A stretch of DNA of 64,000 nt from Candidatus Rifleibacteriota bacterium (GCA_024710525.1 JANJUP010000022.1:64001-128000), one strand, 5' to 3'. Shown: positions 27,159-37,568, counted from the first letter of the stretch. Numbers and translations: made by a program. Notes: generated by a model not told the origin, from the sequence alone.

Positions 27159-28634
27159 TCAGTGTGAGTCAGACTCCTGCGTCCGCTCTTTGATCCAGTC
27201 GGTTACAAGGCTCAGAGTCTCGGTTGCCACGGTTTCTGCAAGCGGGTAAGTTGCAGAGGCATATTTGACCGGTCTGCGCATCTGGTGGTCTAAATCTGGA
27301 AAAGTGTGGATTTTGAATGACGGGCATTGACTGGCACGCAGATGTTTTTCAAGTTCGGCTGCATTAGGTTCTGGCAGAACATTTTCGTCTAAGCCTGCAA
27401 AGACGCCAAGGACCGGGCAGGAAATCCCCCGATATGACGCGGCAGGGTCGAAAACTGCCATGAACAGCATCCAGGGACTGCACCATTCTTGTAATTCATT
27501 TTCTATGCCGATCTGTCCTTTTTCTCTTGCTGGAAACCCGATAATTACACGGTCTTCTTCTGACAGGCCGGCAAGAAAAGATGTGTAAAAAGTTCTGAAA
27601 ATCAACTTGTCTGAGTTGTCTCTTGAGATTTTCACAAGTTTCTGCCAGGCTTCGGCTTCAAACTTTCTGCGCAATTCTGCCTGTCGCTCATTGGTTCCTT
27701 TTCTGCGGTTTATCGAAGGGGCCTGCTGTTCCCATATTTTGCTGATTGGAAAAACCGGCGGAGCCAGCAGAACCAGAAAGTCGACAGACCGACATTCTGA
27801 AGCGACCATGGCGGCAACCAGACCGCCTTCGCTGTGCCCGAGAATGCCGGTTCGGCTGACTTCGGGGCGTTTCTTCAGAAAGTCGATGCAGGCACTGGCA
27901 TCTGCCGCAAAATCTGCAGTGGTAGCTTCATTAAAAATGCCTTCTGAGCTGCCAACGCCCCGGTCGTCACAGCGAAGCACAACCAGGCCGCTTCTTGTCA
28001 GGTGGTCGGCCCAGACCAGGAACGGGCGATGGAAATAACATTCTGAATCGCGGCCCTGAGCATGCTGGCCGTTTAAAAGGAGAATGGCGGTATAAGATCC
28101 TGGCTCAGCAGGTCTGGTGATGGTGCCTGCCAGTTCGGGCCGGTTGTCTTTGCCGGGTATTATGACCTCCTCGACCAGATAGGGAAACGGCGGCCAGGGG
28201 TGCTGCTTCGTGAACATGAAGGCTGGAGTTGCCACTGAGTTCATCGTCAGCCACCATGAAGTGTAAGGTTCTTCATTCCAGGCGCCAGTGATTGTGTTTG
28301 AAGCAATTGTTCCGGAAAAAGAAACGTTTCTGGTTGAGATTCTGAAGCTTAACTGGTTTCCCGATAGTTTCAGGTGGTCAACCGGGCCGGCCCATCCCGG
28401 CCGAGAGGCGGTAACACTCATTTTCGGCTGTTTCCCGTCTGTGGGCATCTGCAGGTAGAAGTGCAGCGGAAATTTGTCCGCTTCAAGGCGCCCTTCCCAG
28501 AAGGTCGTGGAACCGGGAGTTATTGCCGGTGCATTCGTCGCCGTTTGTTCGCCGCAGCCGCAGAAAAGTGTTGCCAGCAAAATGCCGATAATCGCGGCTG
28601 CATAAGTTTTATTCCGGTTAAAACATTTTTTCAT
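27159..28634 (-). CDS. Secreted alpha/beta-hydrolase fold serine hydrolase (possible lipoprotein)
   Basis: GxSxG nucleophile elbow ILGHSEGGLVAAMVA. N-terminal signal with Cys (LATLFCGCG). Confidence 0.65.
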   Translation of the reverse strand: MKKCFNRNKTYAAAIIGILLATLFCGCGEQTATNAPAITPGSTTFWEGRLEADKFPLHFYLQMPTDGKQPKMSVTASRPGWAGPVDHLKLSGNQLSFRISTRNVSFSGTIASNTITGAWNEEPYTSWWLTMNSVATPAFMFTKQHPWPPFPYLVEEVIIPGKDNRPELAGTITRPAEPGSYTAILLLNGQHAQGRDSECYFHRPFLVWADHLTRSGLVVLRCDDRGVGSSEGIFNEATTADFAADASACIDFLKKRPEVSRTGILGHSEGGLVAAMVASECRSVDFLVLLAPPVFPISKIWEQQAPSINRRKGTNERQAELRRKFEAEAWQKLVKISRDNSDKLIFRTFYTSFLAGLSEEDRVIIGFPAREKGQIGIENELQEWCSPWMLFMAVFDPAASYRGISCPVLGVFAGLDENVLPEPNAAELEKHLRASQCPSFKIHTFPDLDHQMRRPVKYASATYPLAETVATETLSLVTDWIKERTQESDSH

Positions 28635-28739
28635 TGCGAGAGGAGAGGGTAATTCAAGGTTTCTTTTCGGTCAAATTTTTTCGTGAAGTCTTTTTTCGAA
28701 AGCGGGGTTGCTTTATAGCCCTATAAATGCGCACAATTT

Positions 28740-28762
28740 TAGAAACCTTAACAAGGTTTCTA
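28740..28762. promoter_or_regulatory. Perfect 23-bp palindrome (10-bp arms, 3-bp spacer) in a divergent promoter region
   Basis: tagaaacctt aac aaggtttcta. Lies between divergently transcribed hydrolase (-) and M1-like peptidase (+) genes. Confidence 0.4.
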
Positions 28763-28911
28763 TTGCCGTGTCTTGAACTGATAAATTGCAACAGGCTGGC
28801 AATTGTAAAGCGGGTGTAATAATATACTCTGTCCTGAAATTCTGATTCATGGGCATTCAGAAAAATGGTCAAAATCGGATTCATATAAATACCAGAACTT
28901 AAGAGGTTGAA

Positions 28912-30178
28912 GATGTCTTTCAGAAGAATGCTTGCTCTTGTTTTGCTGCTTTTAATGATTATTTCTGACGTTGGTCTGGCGGTTGAAGCTTCACAAAGCT
29001 CCGCTTTTGAGCCATATTTCAATCTTATTATCCGCCCGGTGTCGCTTTGGCAATCACACTTTGCGGTAAAGGGCAGTGTTGCGATACCGGGGCATGTCGA
29101 AAAGGTTGAATTTGCCCGCATACCCGGGCAGCAATTCATTTTTAGAGTTAACGGAATCGAACAGAGCCTTGATGAAAGCGGCATTCTTGCCAGACCGGCT
29201 TCGGCCCCGCTGACAGAGCCATGGCTGGTTGCCTTTGAAGGCATTTCGCAGCTCAGGGCGCCAAAAAGTCTTGCCAGCGGCGATGAGGTTTATTGCCTGA
29301 ATAATTGCCCGCCCTCGCCCGAAATAATTACTGATGCGCCTTCACGCTATAACGTTAAATACGATCTGCCCACCGGCTACAGCGCCATTTCGTTTGACTC
29401 TGAAATTGCTTCGTCAATGGGTCTGCAGTTTCAGATAGCCAGATTTCAACCCCCAGTGATCAGAAAAACCAGAAACTTTTCTTTCGAGTATGTTTTTCCT
29501 GAGGGCTTTACCGCCGATTCTGTCTACCTGGATTTTCTTGAAGCCAACATGGAAAAGTGGTTCGAGCTGTTCGGGTCGCCAGGCTTCACAACCGTTCGCA
29601 TCGGCGTTATTCGCCGGGGTGAGGCTAAGGGCGAAATCAACGGCAGTCCGTGCGGCAACCTGATCCTTCTTTCGCGTTCCGCACTGGGAGGAAAAGTTGA
29701 CCTGAGCGGTCTGGCCGCTATGGGTATCGACAATTCTTCGGCCACGCAGTTCAGAAAAATGGTTATCGCGCATGAACTTTCACATTTCTGGTTTGGCGTG
29801 AAGTTTTCCGGCCGTGACGGGTGGATGACAGAAGGTATTCCTCAGTATCTTGGCATGTTTGCAGTTCATCATGAAAACCCGGAGCAGGCGCGCCCTTTGC
29901 TCGTCTTTACAGAGCACCTCGACAAAATGATTCCGCAGGATGCCATTCCAGATAACCCTTTCAGCGATGACCAGATTCTTTATATCAAAGCCTATTACCA
30001 GGGCTCACTGGCCCTTTTCAGAATTGGCGAAATGATCGGTCACGAAAACCTGCACGGATTGCTGCGGACAGTGTTCGACGAAAATAAAAATCCCGCTTTT
30101 GTCGATTTTGACAGGCATTTTAAACAGCTTTATCCCGAAAAACATCAGGACTGGTTAAAGACCTGGAGAATTAAATAA
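28912..30178 (+). CDS. Secreted gluzincin metallopeptidase, M1-like (HExxH...E)
   Basis: AGAGG RBS then ATG at 28912; signal peptide. VIAHELSHFWFGVKFSGRDGWMTEGIPQY matches the M1 HExxH-x18-E zinc-binding arrangement. Confidence 0.6.
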
Positions 30179-30193
30179 GGCACAGCCTGCTCT

Positions 30194-30868
30194 TTGCAGG
30201 CTATTCAACAAAATATGGATATTTCAAATTATCATGGCATTATCTTTGACCTCGACGGAACTCTTCTCGACACCCTGACCGATCTCGCCGATTCGACCAA
30301 CCGGGTGCTGGCGCGCCACGGCTTTGCAACGCATCCTGTCGATGCCTACCGCTATTTCGTCGGCGATGGTATGCGCATGCTTGTCGAACGCGCCTTGCCG
30401 CCAGAACAGAGGGTTACTGCAGTTATCGACGCGGTTTTTTCAGAACTGCATGCCGATTACGCGGAAAACTGGGCCGTGGCCACCAGGCCATACGCTGGCG
30501 TGGTCGAGCTTCTGGCCTGGCTGCAGCAGCGTGGCATAATCATGTCGGTTCTCTCGAACAAACCCGATGAATTCACCGGCATCATGGTCAGAAAATATTT
30601 TCCCGAAATACCGTTTAAATGTATCTATGGCGTCAGTAAACAGGTTGCGAAAAAGCCTGATCCGGCAGGCGCAATGCGCATCGCCGCAGAAACCGGCATA
30701 AAACCAGCGCAGACGCTTTATCTCGGTGATACTCTTGTAGATATGAAAACAGCCGTCAGCGCCGGCATGTTCCCAATCGGCGCTCTGTGGGGTTTTCGCG
30801 ATGAACCAGAGCTGCGTGATGGTGGTGCAGAACTTCTGCTGCAGCACCCTTTGCAGCTGCTGCCCTGA
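30194..30868 (+). CDS. HAD-superfamily hydrolase (phosphoglycolate phosphatase-like)
   Basis: Motif I IIFDLDGTLLDT, motif II SNK, C-terminal DT..D motif. Confidence 0.8.
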   Translation: MQAIQQNMDISNYHGIIFDLDGTLLDTLTDLADSTNRVLARHGFATHPVDAYRYFVGDGMRMLVERALPPEQRVTAVIDAVFSELHADYAENWAVATRPYAGVVELLAWLQQRGIIMSVLSNKPDEFTGIMVRKYFPEIPFKCIYGVSKQVAKKPDPAGAMRIAAETGIKPAQTLYLGDTLVDMKTAVSAGMFPIGALWGFRDEPELRDGGAELLLQHPLQLLP

Positions 30869-30943
30869 TCGTGGACTTATCTATTAATAGATCTCATGTC
30901 TCTAAGGTGCCTGCTAAATGGGTATTTTGAAGGAGTAAACATT

Positions 30944-31909
30944 ATGCGTAAATTGCTTGTTGTTCTTGGCTTTCTTCTTCTGACGGCGTCTGCAATTTTT
31001 GCCGGGCCGGTAGTTCCTGCCGATATCGACGCACAGGCCGTCTGGTATGGCCACGTCGATGCCGAAGCCATCATGCAGCTGCCCATGGTTAAAGAACTGC
31101 AGCAGCGCGCGATGAAAAAGCCAAAAAAAGACGTTTTCCATGAGCTGTTGCGAAAAACCGCCATGCATCTCATGGGCGAATTTATGAGCGCCACGATGTA
31201 TGCAACCCAGTATGAAGGCGATTTTGGCGTAGTGCTGATGAAATACAGAAACGATCTTCCCAAAGACAGCATTATGGCAATTCTGGCCCATAAATTCCCC
31301 GGCCACGAAGAAACCACGCTTCGCAACCGCAAGGTTTATACCTGGCAGGTCTGCTGCGGTCGCAAAAAAATGCGCCTGTCTGGCTGCTTCGTGAATGACC
31401 GGCAGATTCTTGTCGGCATCGACCTGCACCATGTCGAAAATGCCCTGGCCGTTCTCGATGCCGAACGCCCGGCGATGACGATCGATAGACCGCTTTTCAA
31501 AGGTCTGATGCCCGGCACGTTGTTTATTTCACGCGCTCTCACCGTGCCTGCAGATTATCAGCTTTCGACTTATTGTCCCGTTCTGCGCCATTGTGATGAA
31601 GCCTTTGCCCGCTGGACATCGCATGGCGATACGATCCGTGGCCGCTATGAATTTCAGGCCACCGACCGGGAAAAGGCAGCCCTGTATCTGCAGGCTGTCG
31701 AAGGCATGAAGGCCATGTTTGCTCTGCGCTTTGCCGGGCATGATAAAGTCATGGCTCTGCTTGAAGGTTTTACCAGTGTTCAGGCCGGTAAAGCCCTGAT
31801 ATTGTCATGGGAAGGCAGTTCTGATCAGGTTAGAAAGGCCTTCAAACAGATTCGCGCCCACAGAAAACAGCAGCGCAAAATGCGCAAAAGATTCAACGCC
31901 CGCGGCTAA
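30944..31909 (+). CDS. Secreted hypothetical protein
   Basis: ATG at 30944; signal peptide MRKLLVVLGFLLLTASAIFA. Confidence 0.5.
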   Translation: MRKLLVVLGFLLLTASAIFAGPVVPADIDAQAVWYGHVDAEAIMQLPMVKELQQRAMKKPKKDVFHELLRKTAMHLMGEFMSATMYATQYEGDFGVVLMKYRNDLPKDSIMAILAHKFPGHEETTLRNRKVYTWQVCCGRKKMRLSGCFVNDRQILVGIDLHHVENALAVLDAERPAMTIDRPLFKGLMPGTLFISRALTVPADYQLSTYCPVLRHCDEAFARWTSHGDTIRGRYEFQATDREKAALYLQAVEGMKAMFALRFAGHDKVMALLEGFTSVQAGKALILSWEGSSDQVRKAFKQIRAHRKQQRKMRKRFNARG

Positions 31910-31917
31910 TCTGCCGC

Positions 31918-32592
31918 TTATAAATCCGGTTCCAGACCTTCTTTTTCGACGGTCTTTTTGAGCAGCCGGCACAGTTCGAGGGCTTCTCTGGCGAGGGTTT
32001 CAAAATCCGGTGCCCATTCCAGCCGACCCTTGTGAAAAAACAGGCTTGAGCCGACGCCTTCGATCTGTGCCGCAGAACCGGCATAGCGCATCACTAAGCT
32101 TCGAACCTCGTTGTTGAAAAGATACCTGGCCAGAACTTCATCTTTGCTCTGCAAGACAAAGGCCTTTGAAAAAGCCTGATCCTCGTTGAAGTTGATATCC
32201 TGCATTTCAAAAAAGCGCCCGATACCATCGGTAAGGCTGTCTTCATGCCTTAAATAAAAGCTTGGCAGGTTCATGTGGTAGTCAATTACCACGCAGGTTG
32301 TCGCGGCGCGTACCGAGCCATCTTGGGAATAGTGAAAATCAGCGATTTTAATTTCAATGTCTTCATCTTTTTTTGAAAAACAGTTTGAGGCGCTTACCGG
32401 GTGGCATTGCGAAAAATAATTGCTTTTTCTGAGCAGGCGCAAAAAATCCGCGTCTTTTTCCTTGAAGGCAAAACCAAGTTTTTCGGCCATCGCCTTCAGC
32501 GACTTAGTTCTCTCGCGGCGATTTTCAAAATGCTGCACGAGAACCCACACAGAAAAAATTATCAACGCCAGTAACAGAGGATTGTAAAGCAA
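31918..32592 (-). CDS. Hypothetical membrane-anchored protein
   Basis: N-terminal TM helix MLYNPLLLALIIFSVWVLV. Confidence 0.45.
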   Translation of the reverse strand: MLYNPLLLALIIFSVWVLVQHFENRRERTKSLKAMAEKLGFAFKEKDADFLRLLRKSNYFSQCHPVSASNCFSKKDEDIEIKIADFHYSQDGSVRAATTCVVIDYHMNLPSFYLRHEDSLTDGIGRFFEMQDINFNEDQAFSKAFVLQSKDEVLARYLFNNEVRSLVMRYAGSAAQIEGVGSSLFFHKGRLEWAPDFETLAREALELCRLLKKTVEKEGLEPDL

Positions 32593-32788
32593 AACTGATT
32601 TTCGACTCCTTGCCGCTGTCTGATAATTGAATGATTCGCCCGGCCACAGTTAAAGAATACACAGAGAAATACAGTTGGTAAAGCATAGTATGACATACCT
32701 GTTGCCAATTTGTCGGTTCTGATGTGATACTGAAACTGTAAATTCGGGCGAGTAAACCTTTTTAAATTGCGGCAGAACAGGAAACCTG

Positions 32789-33199
32789 ATGACTGAAAAC
32801 GATATTCCGGCAGATGAAAAAGAAGTGCGGCAACAGCCTAACAACCCGCTTCACGGCGTCACTCTCGAAAAAATACTGACAGTGCTTCGTGCCCATTACA
32901 GCTGGAAAGAGCTGAACCAGCGGGTCGAGCTCAACTGCTTCTTCAGCCACCCCAGCATCAAATCCAGTCTCACCTTTTTGCGCAAAAACGACTGGGCCCG
33001 CAAAAAGGTTGAAAATCTATATCGCGAACTGATCGCCAGCCTTGAGGCTGACCCGACTGCCCAGAACAAGGCCACTAAACCCACCAAACCCACTAAACCC
33101 ACTAAACCCAACTCAGTCACCGCCAGAAAGCATGCTAAAACTGGTCCGGCGGCCAAACACAGCGCCCATGAGCCACCTGCTGACCGCAGGAACGAATAA
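32789..33199 (+). CDS. DUF2132 (VF530)-like helical-bundle protein with a C-terminal KPT tandem repeat
   Basis: [63 protein letters not shown] resembles the DUF2132 family. [11 protein letters not shown] from 9-bp DNA repeats around 33078-33115. Confidence 0.45.
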   Translation: MTENDIPADEKEVRQQPNNPLHGVTLEKILTVLRAHYSWKELNQRVELNCFFSHPSIKSSLTFLRKNDWARKKVENLYRELIASLEADPTAQNKATKPTKPTKPTKPNSVTARKHAKTGPAAKHSAHEPPADRRNE

Positions 33200-33275
33200 A
33201 AAGCTGACCAGGGCATATAAAAAAATGGGACTGCCACGAGAATCATGTGGCAGCCCCGCTTCTTTTAATCAGGTC

Positions 33276-34178
33276 TTAGCGGCATGATCTGACCGGTCTG
33301 GCTTCGATGTATCCCCGTTCCGGTAAAGGAATCAGCTGATATCGCGGCGCTGCCCGGTCGTCCCATGTGTAGCCATATACTTTCGGGTCATAAGTATCGA
33401 TGCTTTTCTGCAGAAAGCCGATTACCGAACCCATCTCCTCATCATTGTAAGGCGGCGTCTGAAAAACCATCATGTGGCAGGGGGCCAGGTCGATGATTTC
33501 CATGCCTTCCGGAACCGGACCGGCATAGTCTGCCGGCACTTCGACACCCTGGGCATACTCGGATGTTCCCGGAGTTACCATATTTTCCGGCAGCCACATG
33601 CCGATCGGCTCGTAGATAGCTTCTTTGATGCTGCTGAGAATGCCCCATACATCACAGCCAACCTCTTCGCAGTATTCAAAATAATGTGTGGCCGCTTTAC
33701 CTCTTTTGAGAATCAGGCGGCGTGCCGGCCGGGAGATTACCTGAACAAATACCGTATTTTGTGAATTCTTCATGACTGGTGATGAGTCTCCTTTCAGATA
33801 GTGGGTGTAGTAGGCAATGGCACTGCGGGGCAGAAAAAGCGGTACGGGCGGGGAATGTCTGCGATAGTAGGCAGGCGCATAGCCAAAGCGCTTTTTAAAG
33901 GCCCTTAAAAAGCCCTCGTGCGTTTCAAAGCCTGCTTCCAGACTGATTTCAATGATTTTTGCCGATGAGCCTCTCAGTTTATCAGCGGCTTTCGAAAGTC
34001 GCCGGGCCCGCAGATAATCCAGAGGCGCAATTCCGACAATTTCACTGAACACCCTCGATGCATGCGATTCAGCGTAGCCGGCCGCTTCAGCCAGATCTTT
34101 GAGTGAGACCCGGTCTTCGAGGTGCTGCTCGATGTAATCCTGCATTCTTTGTACTGCTTCAAACTTTTCCCGTTGCAT
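33276..34178 (-). CDS. AraC-family transcriptional regulator with GyrI-like effector-binding domain
   Basis: GGAG RBS then ATG at 34178. N-terminal AraC HTH (LKDLAEAAGYAESHASRVFSEIVGIAPLDYLRARRL). C-terminal GyrI-like region. Confidence 0.75.
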   Translation of the reverse strand: MQREKFEAVQRMQDYIEQHLEDRVSLKDLAEAAGYAESHASRVFSEIVGIAPLDYLRARRLSKAADKLRGSSAKIIEISLEAGFETHEGFLRAFKKRFGYAPAYYRRHSPPVPLFLPRSAIAYYTHYLKGDSSPVMKNSQNTVFVQVISRPARRLILKRGKAATHYFEYCEEVGCDVWGILSSIKEAIYEPIGMWLPENMVTPGTSEYAQGVEVPADYAGPVPEGMEIIDLAPCHMMVFQTPPYNDEEMGSVIGFLQKSIDTYDPKVYGYTWDDRAAPRYQLIPLPERGYIEARPVRSCR

Positions 34179-34480
34179 TGTTTTCTCCACCTGAAAGCAG
34201 TTTAAGTTTTCAGAAACTGATTTTCTTGACCGCAATTGCGTTTTTTCATGTGTCACTCTCCTGCCAGGGCGCTGTTGTCAGCCAGATTGACTTTATCACC
34301 AGTTTATATATGACTGTAGAAAAAAAAGCCGGTCTGTTTTTTTGTCAGTGACAGCGCCGCCGCTGGTCGCGAAACTCGACTGCTGCTGGTATAATCATCG
34401 CATGCCCGTTAAGAGAATTTGATTTTTAGACAGCGCAATCAAAGGCCCGGGCCGTGCCGGTGCCGACAGGGAGCAGCCAG

Positions 34481-35587
34481 ATGGAACACGTAAAACTGCT
34501 GGAAGAACTTTCGAATCTGCATGGAGCGCCTGGCCATGAAGACGACGTGGTGAACCATATCATCGCAGCCTTTGCCAATCTCAAAATAGAGCGCGATTGC
34601 CTCAACAACCTGTTTGTCACCACCGCCGGCTTTTCCACCGGAAAGCCTGTTGTGGCGCTTGATTGCCACAGTGACGAGGTCGGGTTTCTGGTCGAGGGAA
34701 TCAATGCCAACGGCACTGTCAGATTTCTGCCGCTCGGCGGCTGGCATATAACCAATATTCCGGCGCATGCCGTAGTAATCAAAAACTTCCGGGGCGAGTA
34801 TGTCAGGGGTGTCGTGGCTTCGAAACCGCCTCATTTCATGAGCCCCGAAGAAAAATCGCGCCTGCCGAAACTTGAAGAACTCGTGATCGACATCGGCTCC
34901 GGTTCGCGTGCAGATACCGAGAAACTTTATGGTATCGAGATCGGCAACCCGATTACTCCCGATGTCACCTTCCTGCACGACACAAAAAGCCGGATCGTTC
35001 GTGGCAAGGCTTTTGACAACCGCCTTGGCTGTGCCGCTGTCATGTCGCTGATGCAGGATCTGAATAATGCCAGTCTGCCGGTTAATCCGGTGGGCGTCAT
35101 CAGCTCTCAGGAAGAAGTCGGGCTCAGAGGCGCTCAGGTCTCAGCCGGCCGGTCCCGCCCCGACTTTGCCATAATCTTTGAGGGAAGCCCTGCCGACGAT
35201 ACTTTTCGCGATGCCGCGCAGGCCTGTGGCGTGATCGGCGGCGGTGTGCAGTTTCGCGTTCTCGATGCCGGAATGGTTTCAAACCCTAAAATTCAGGCCT
35301 GGGCCCGCAGAATCGCCGCTCAGAACGATATTCCGTTTCAGGTGATTGCCCGCAGTGGCGGCAGTACCAACGGGGCGCGCTATCACCTGGCTATGCAGGG
35401 CGTTCCGACTCTGGTGATCGGTATTCCGGCCAGATACATTCACACCCACCATTCTTACGCTTCTCTCGACGATTTTGAAAATGCCATCCGCCTCGGAAAA
35501 AAGCTTCTCGAATCGCTCGACGCCGAAGTCATAAACAGTTTTCAAAATGGCGGAACCGGTGAGTGCAGCACTCGGTCGCAGCGTTGA
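34481..35587 (+). CDS. M42 family metallo-aminopeptidase (FrvX/glutamyl aminopeptidase-like)
   Basis: ELSNLHGAPGHEDDV, DCHSDEVGF, AFDNRLGCA and SQEEVGLRGA match M42 family motifs. ATG at 34481. Confidence 0.85.
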   Translation: MEHVKLLEELSNLHGAPGHEDDVVNHIIAAFANLKIERDCLNNLFVTTAGFSTGKPVVALDCHSDEVGFLVEGINANGTVRFLPLGGWHITNIPAHAVVIKNFRGEYVRGVVASKPPHFMSPEEKSRLPKLEELVIDIGSGSRADTEKLYGIEIGNPITPDVTFLHDTKSRIVRGKAFDNRLGCAAVMSLMQDLNNASLPVNPVGVISSQEEVGLRGAQVSAGRSRPDFAIIFEGSPADDTFRDAAQACGVIGGGVQFRVLDAGMVSNPKIQAWARRIAAQNDIPFQVIARSGGSTNGARYHLAMQGVPTLVIGIPARYIHTHHSYASLDDFENAIRLGKKLLESLDAEVINSFQNGGTGECSTRSQR

Positions 35588-36215
35588 ACCCGTGCACCTG
35601 ATCATTGTCGGAACCGTCCATCTTGACCCCGATGGTTTTACGGCCCTCACAACGGCTATGAATAAATTCGCTCCCGATCTGGTTACGGTAGATGTCAGCA
35701 ATTATGCCGTTGAATTCAGGCGTTCCCGCTCTGCCGGTTTTCTCAGGCGCCTTGACGCTTTTCGCCGGCCAGACGGAAAATTGCCGCCGGCTCTGACGGC
35801 AGTTGAAGCCCAGCTGGCCGTGCCGTTCGAAGTCAGAGCCGCCGAAACATGGGGCGGAAAATTCATGCTGATCGGCAGCGACGACGATTCCCGGCAGCGC
35901 CTGTCGCTTCTTGAAAATGAATTGATGGTACCTGAAAATCTCAGCTTTCTGGCCGGCGAAAGCTCGCCCTGTCTGCAGACTCAGATACTGCGCCAGTGGG
36001 AAAAAGCCCGATCAGAATATCTGCGTCCCGGAGCAATTGAGCCCTGCGACAGCCGTATTGCCGATATTTTAAGGCACCTGGTCGCCGGTACAGGGGGGAT
36101 ATTATTGCATGTGACCGGCTGGCAGCACCTTGAGCCCCTTGCTGCCCTTCTGAAAGAGCTTTCACCCGAGTTGTATCTTCTCAGTTGTTTGAAAAATGAC
36201 TCGCAAAAACCGTGA
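35547..36215 (+). CDS. TraB/GumN-family-like protein
   Basis: HLIIVGTVHLDPDG ... PDLVTVDVS resembles the GTxH motif region of the TraB/GumN family. Start uncertain: ATG 35547 overlaps the M42 gene; alternative GTG at 35592. Confidence 0.4.
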   Translation: MAEPVSAALGRSVEPVHLIIVGTVHLDPDGFTALTTAMNKFAPDLVTVDVSNYAVEFRRSRSAGFLRRLDAFRRPDGKLPPALTAVEAQLAVPFEVRAAETWGGKFMLIGSDDDSRQRLSLLENELMVPENLSFLAGESSPCLQTQILRQWEKARSEYLRPGAIEPCDSRIADILRHLVAGTGGILLHVTGWQHLEPLAALLKELSPELYLLSCLKNDSQKP

Positions 36216-36370
36216 ATCAGCCATTTAAATTGGGCTATGATTCTCGTCATTTCCGGTTTTCACATTCTCAATAAATCAGTTAGACAAAATTGGAATTTGG
36301 AACATCTTTATGATTAAATATTTCTATACATAATAATTAGACAAAAAACGATCTTTTGCAGGAGGGGTTT

Positions 36371-37516
36371 ATGAATCCATTCTTAAAAGAGAAGAGAGTC
36401 CTTTTTTGTTCTGTTCTGGTATTGTTTCTTTTTCTGTTCTTTAGCGGGTTATCCCCGATTTTTGCCGCTGGGCGCCCCATCGGCCAGAGACCAGATAACC
36501 CCGGCAACATTGGCCAGAGACCAGATGATCCCGGCAACATTGGCCAGAGACCAGATAATCCCGGCAACATCGGCCAGAAACCAGGCAGGCCGGGTGACCC
36601 CAACCAGAAGCCGCACAAACCTGACAATCTCAACCAGAAACCAGACAAACTCGGTGACCTCAATCAGAAGCCGCATAAACCCGACAATCTCAACCAGAAA
36701 CCAGACAAACTCGGTGACCTCGGCCATAAGCCGCACAAGCCCGATCAGCTCGATCATAAAAAGCCGGATGTAGAAAAACTGAGAGCCGGAGATATCGGGC
36801 TGCAGATTGCCAATGACACGGATTTTGCTCTGACTGTGCGTGTATCTGCAGTTGATGCCTCAGAACGGGTAAATCTCGCGAAGGCAAAATCAATCACTCT
36901 GGCGCCGCATGCCCGTGAATCGGTCGTTCTTACGCCCATGAGTGCCGGCAAAGTCAGTCTTTCACCCATGAATGCAAAACATGAGGTCGAAAAAGACTCA
37001 AAGATCCTGTTGACCATAAACAGGGGCAAAGAAACCAGAAGACTGGTCGTTGATTATGCAAAAAGTGCCGGAATGATAGTTCTGGGCAAAGATCTTTTCC
37101 AGCAGGGGCATGAAACGGCGCACCGGGACGACCTCCAGTCTGACTCAGAAGATCCTGAAGAGCCGCAAAAAAATCCAGATGCTTCGAACAAGGGTCAGAT
37201 AGTTTATGTCATTAATCAGACCGGAATCCCGTTAAACTATAATGCCTTGCTGAAACCCGCCGGTTTTGACTCTGTGCAGGGCGAATTGAAGCCCGGGGCA
37301 AACGTTTTGAAATTCCCGGCTAAAAAAGTCGCCCAGGCTTTCTCCAAAGAGCCGGTCAGCCTTATTCTTCAAATGAAATACGATCTTCCCGGCAGCCCTG
37401 CGGTAAACTTTAAAAAGGAAGCATTGGACCTCGATTCGCATCCTACCGTAACCATTACGCGAACGATCATGGGTGAGCCGAAAGACCAGACTCAATCTCA
37501 GAAAAAACCCAGGTAA
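36371..37516 (+). CDS. Secreted proline/lysine-rich tandem-repeat protein
   Basis: GGAGGGG RBS then ATG at 36371; signal/TM segment. Repeats GQRPD[ND]PGNI x3, then NQKP[HD]KPDNLNQKPDKLGDL x2. Confidence 0.6.
   Translation: MNPFLKEKRVLFCSVLVLFLFLFFSGLSPIFAAGRPIGQRPDNPGNIGQRPDDPGNIGQRPDNPGNIGQKPGRPGDPNQKPHKPDNLNQKPDKLGDLNQKPHKPDNLNQKPDKLGDLGHKPHKPDQLDHKKPDVEKLRAGDIGLQIANDTDFALTVRVSAVDASERVNLAKAKSITLAPHARESVVLTPMSAGKVSLSPMNAKHEVEKDSKILLTINRGKETRRLVVDYAKSAGMIVLGKDLFQQGHETAHRDDLQSDSEDPEEPQKNPDASNKGQIVYVINQTGIPLNYNALLKPAGFDSVQGELKPGANVLKFPAKKVAQAFSKEPVSLILQMKYDLPGSPAVNFKKEALDLDSHPTVTITRTIMGEPKDQTQSQKKPR
36479..36760. repeat. Coding tandem DNA repeats: three 30-bp units followed by two 60-bp units
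   Basis: ggccagagaccagat[aa/ga]c/tcccggcaacat x3 (36479-36570). 36601-36660 and 36661-36720 are near-identical 60-mers. Confidence 0.8.
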
Positions 37517-37523
37517 CGACAGG

Positions 37524-37568
37524 CAGAGCCGAAGATTGCTCAAACAGCTTCTTCGGCTCTGTTCTTTG
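37524..37568 (+). terminator. Rho-independent terminator
   Basis: 11-bp perfect stem cagagccgaag / cttcggctctg followed by ttctttg. Confidence 0.6.

Noticed and set aside
33078-33115. Short 9-bp tandem repeats (aaacccact) and the 30/60-bp repeats at 36479..36760 considered as possible CRISPR arrays
   Set aside because: The repeats are contiguous with no spacers, in frame inside coding sequences (KPTKPT and Pro-rich repeats), and there are no cas genes. These are protein-coding tandem repeats, not CRISPR.
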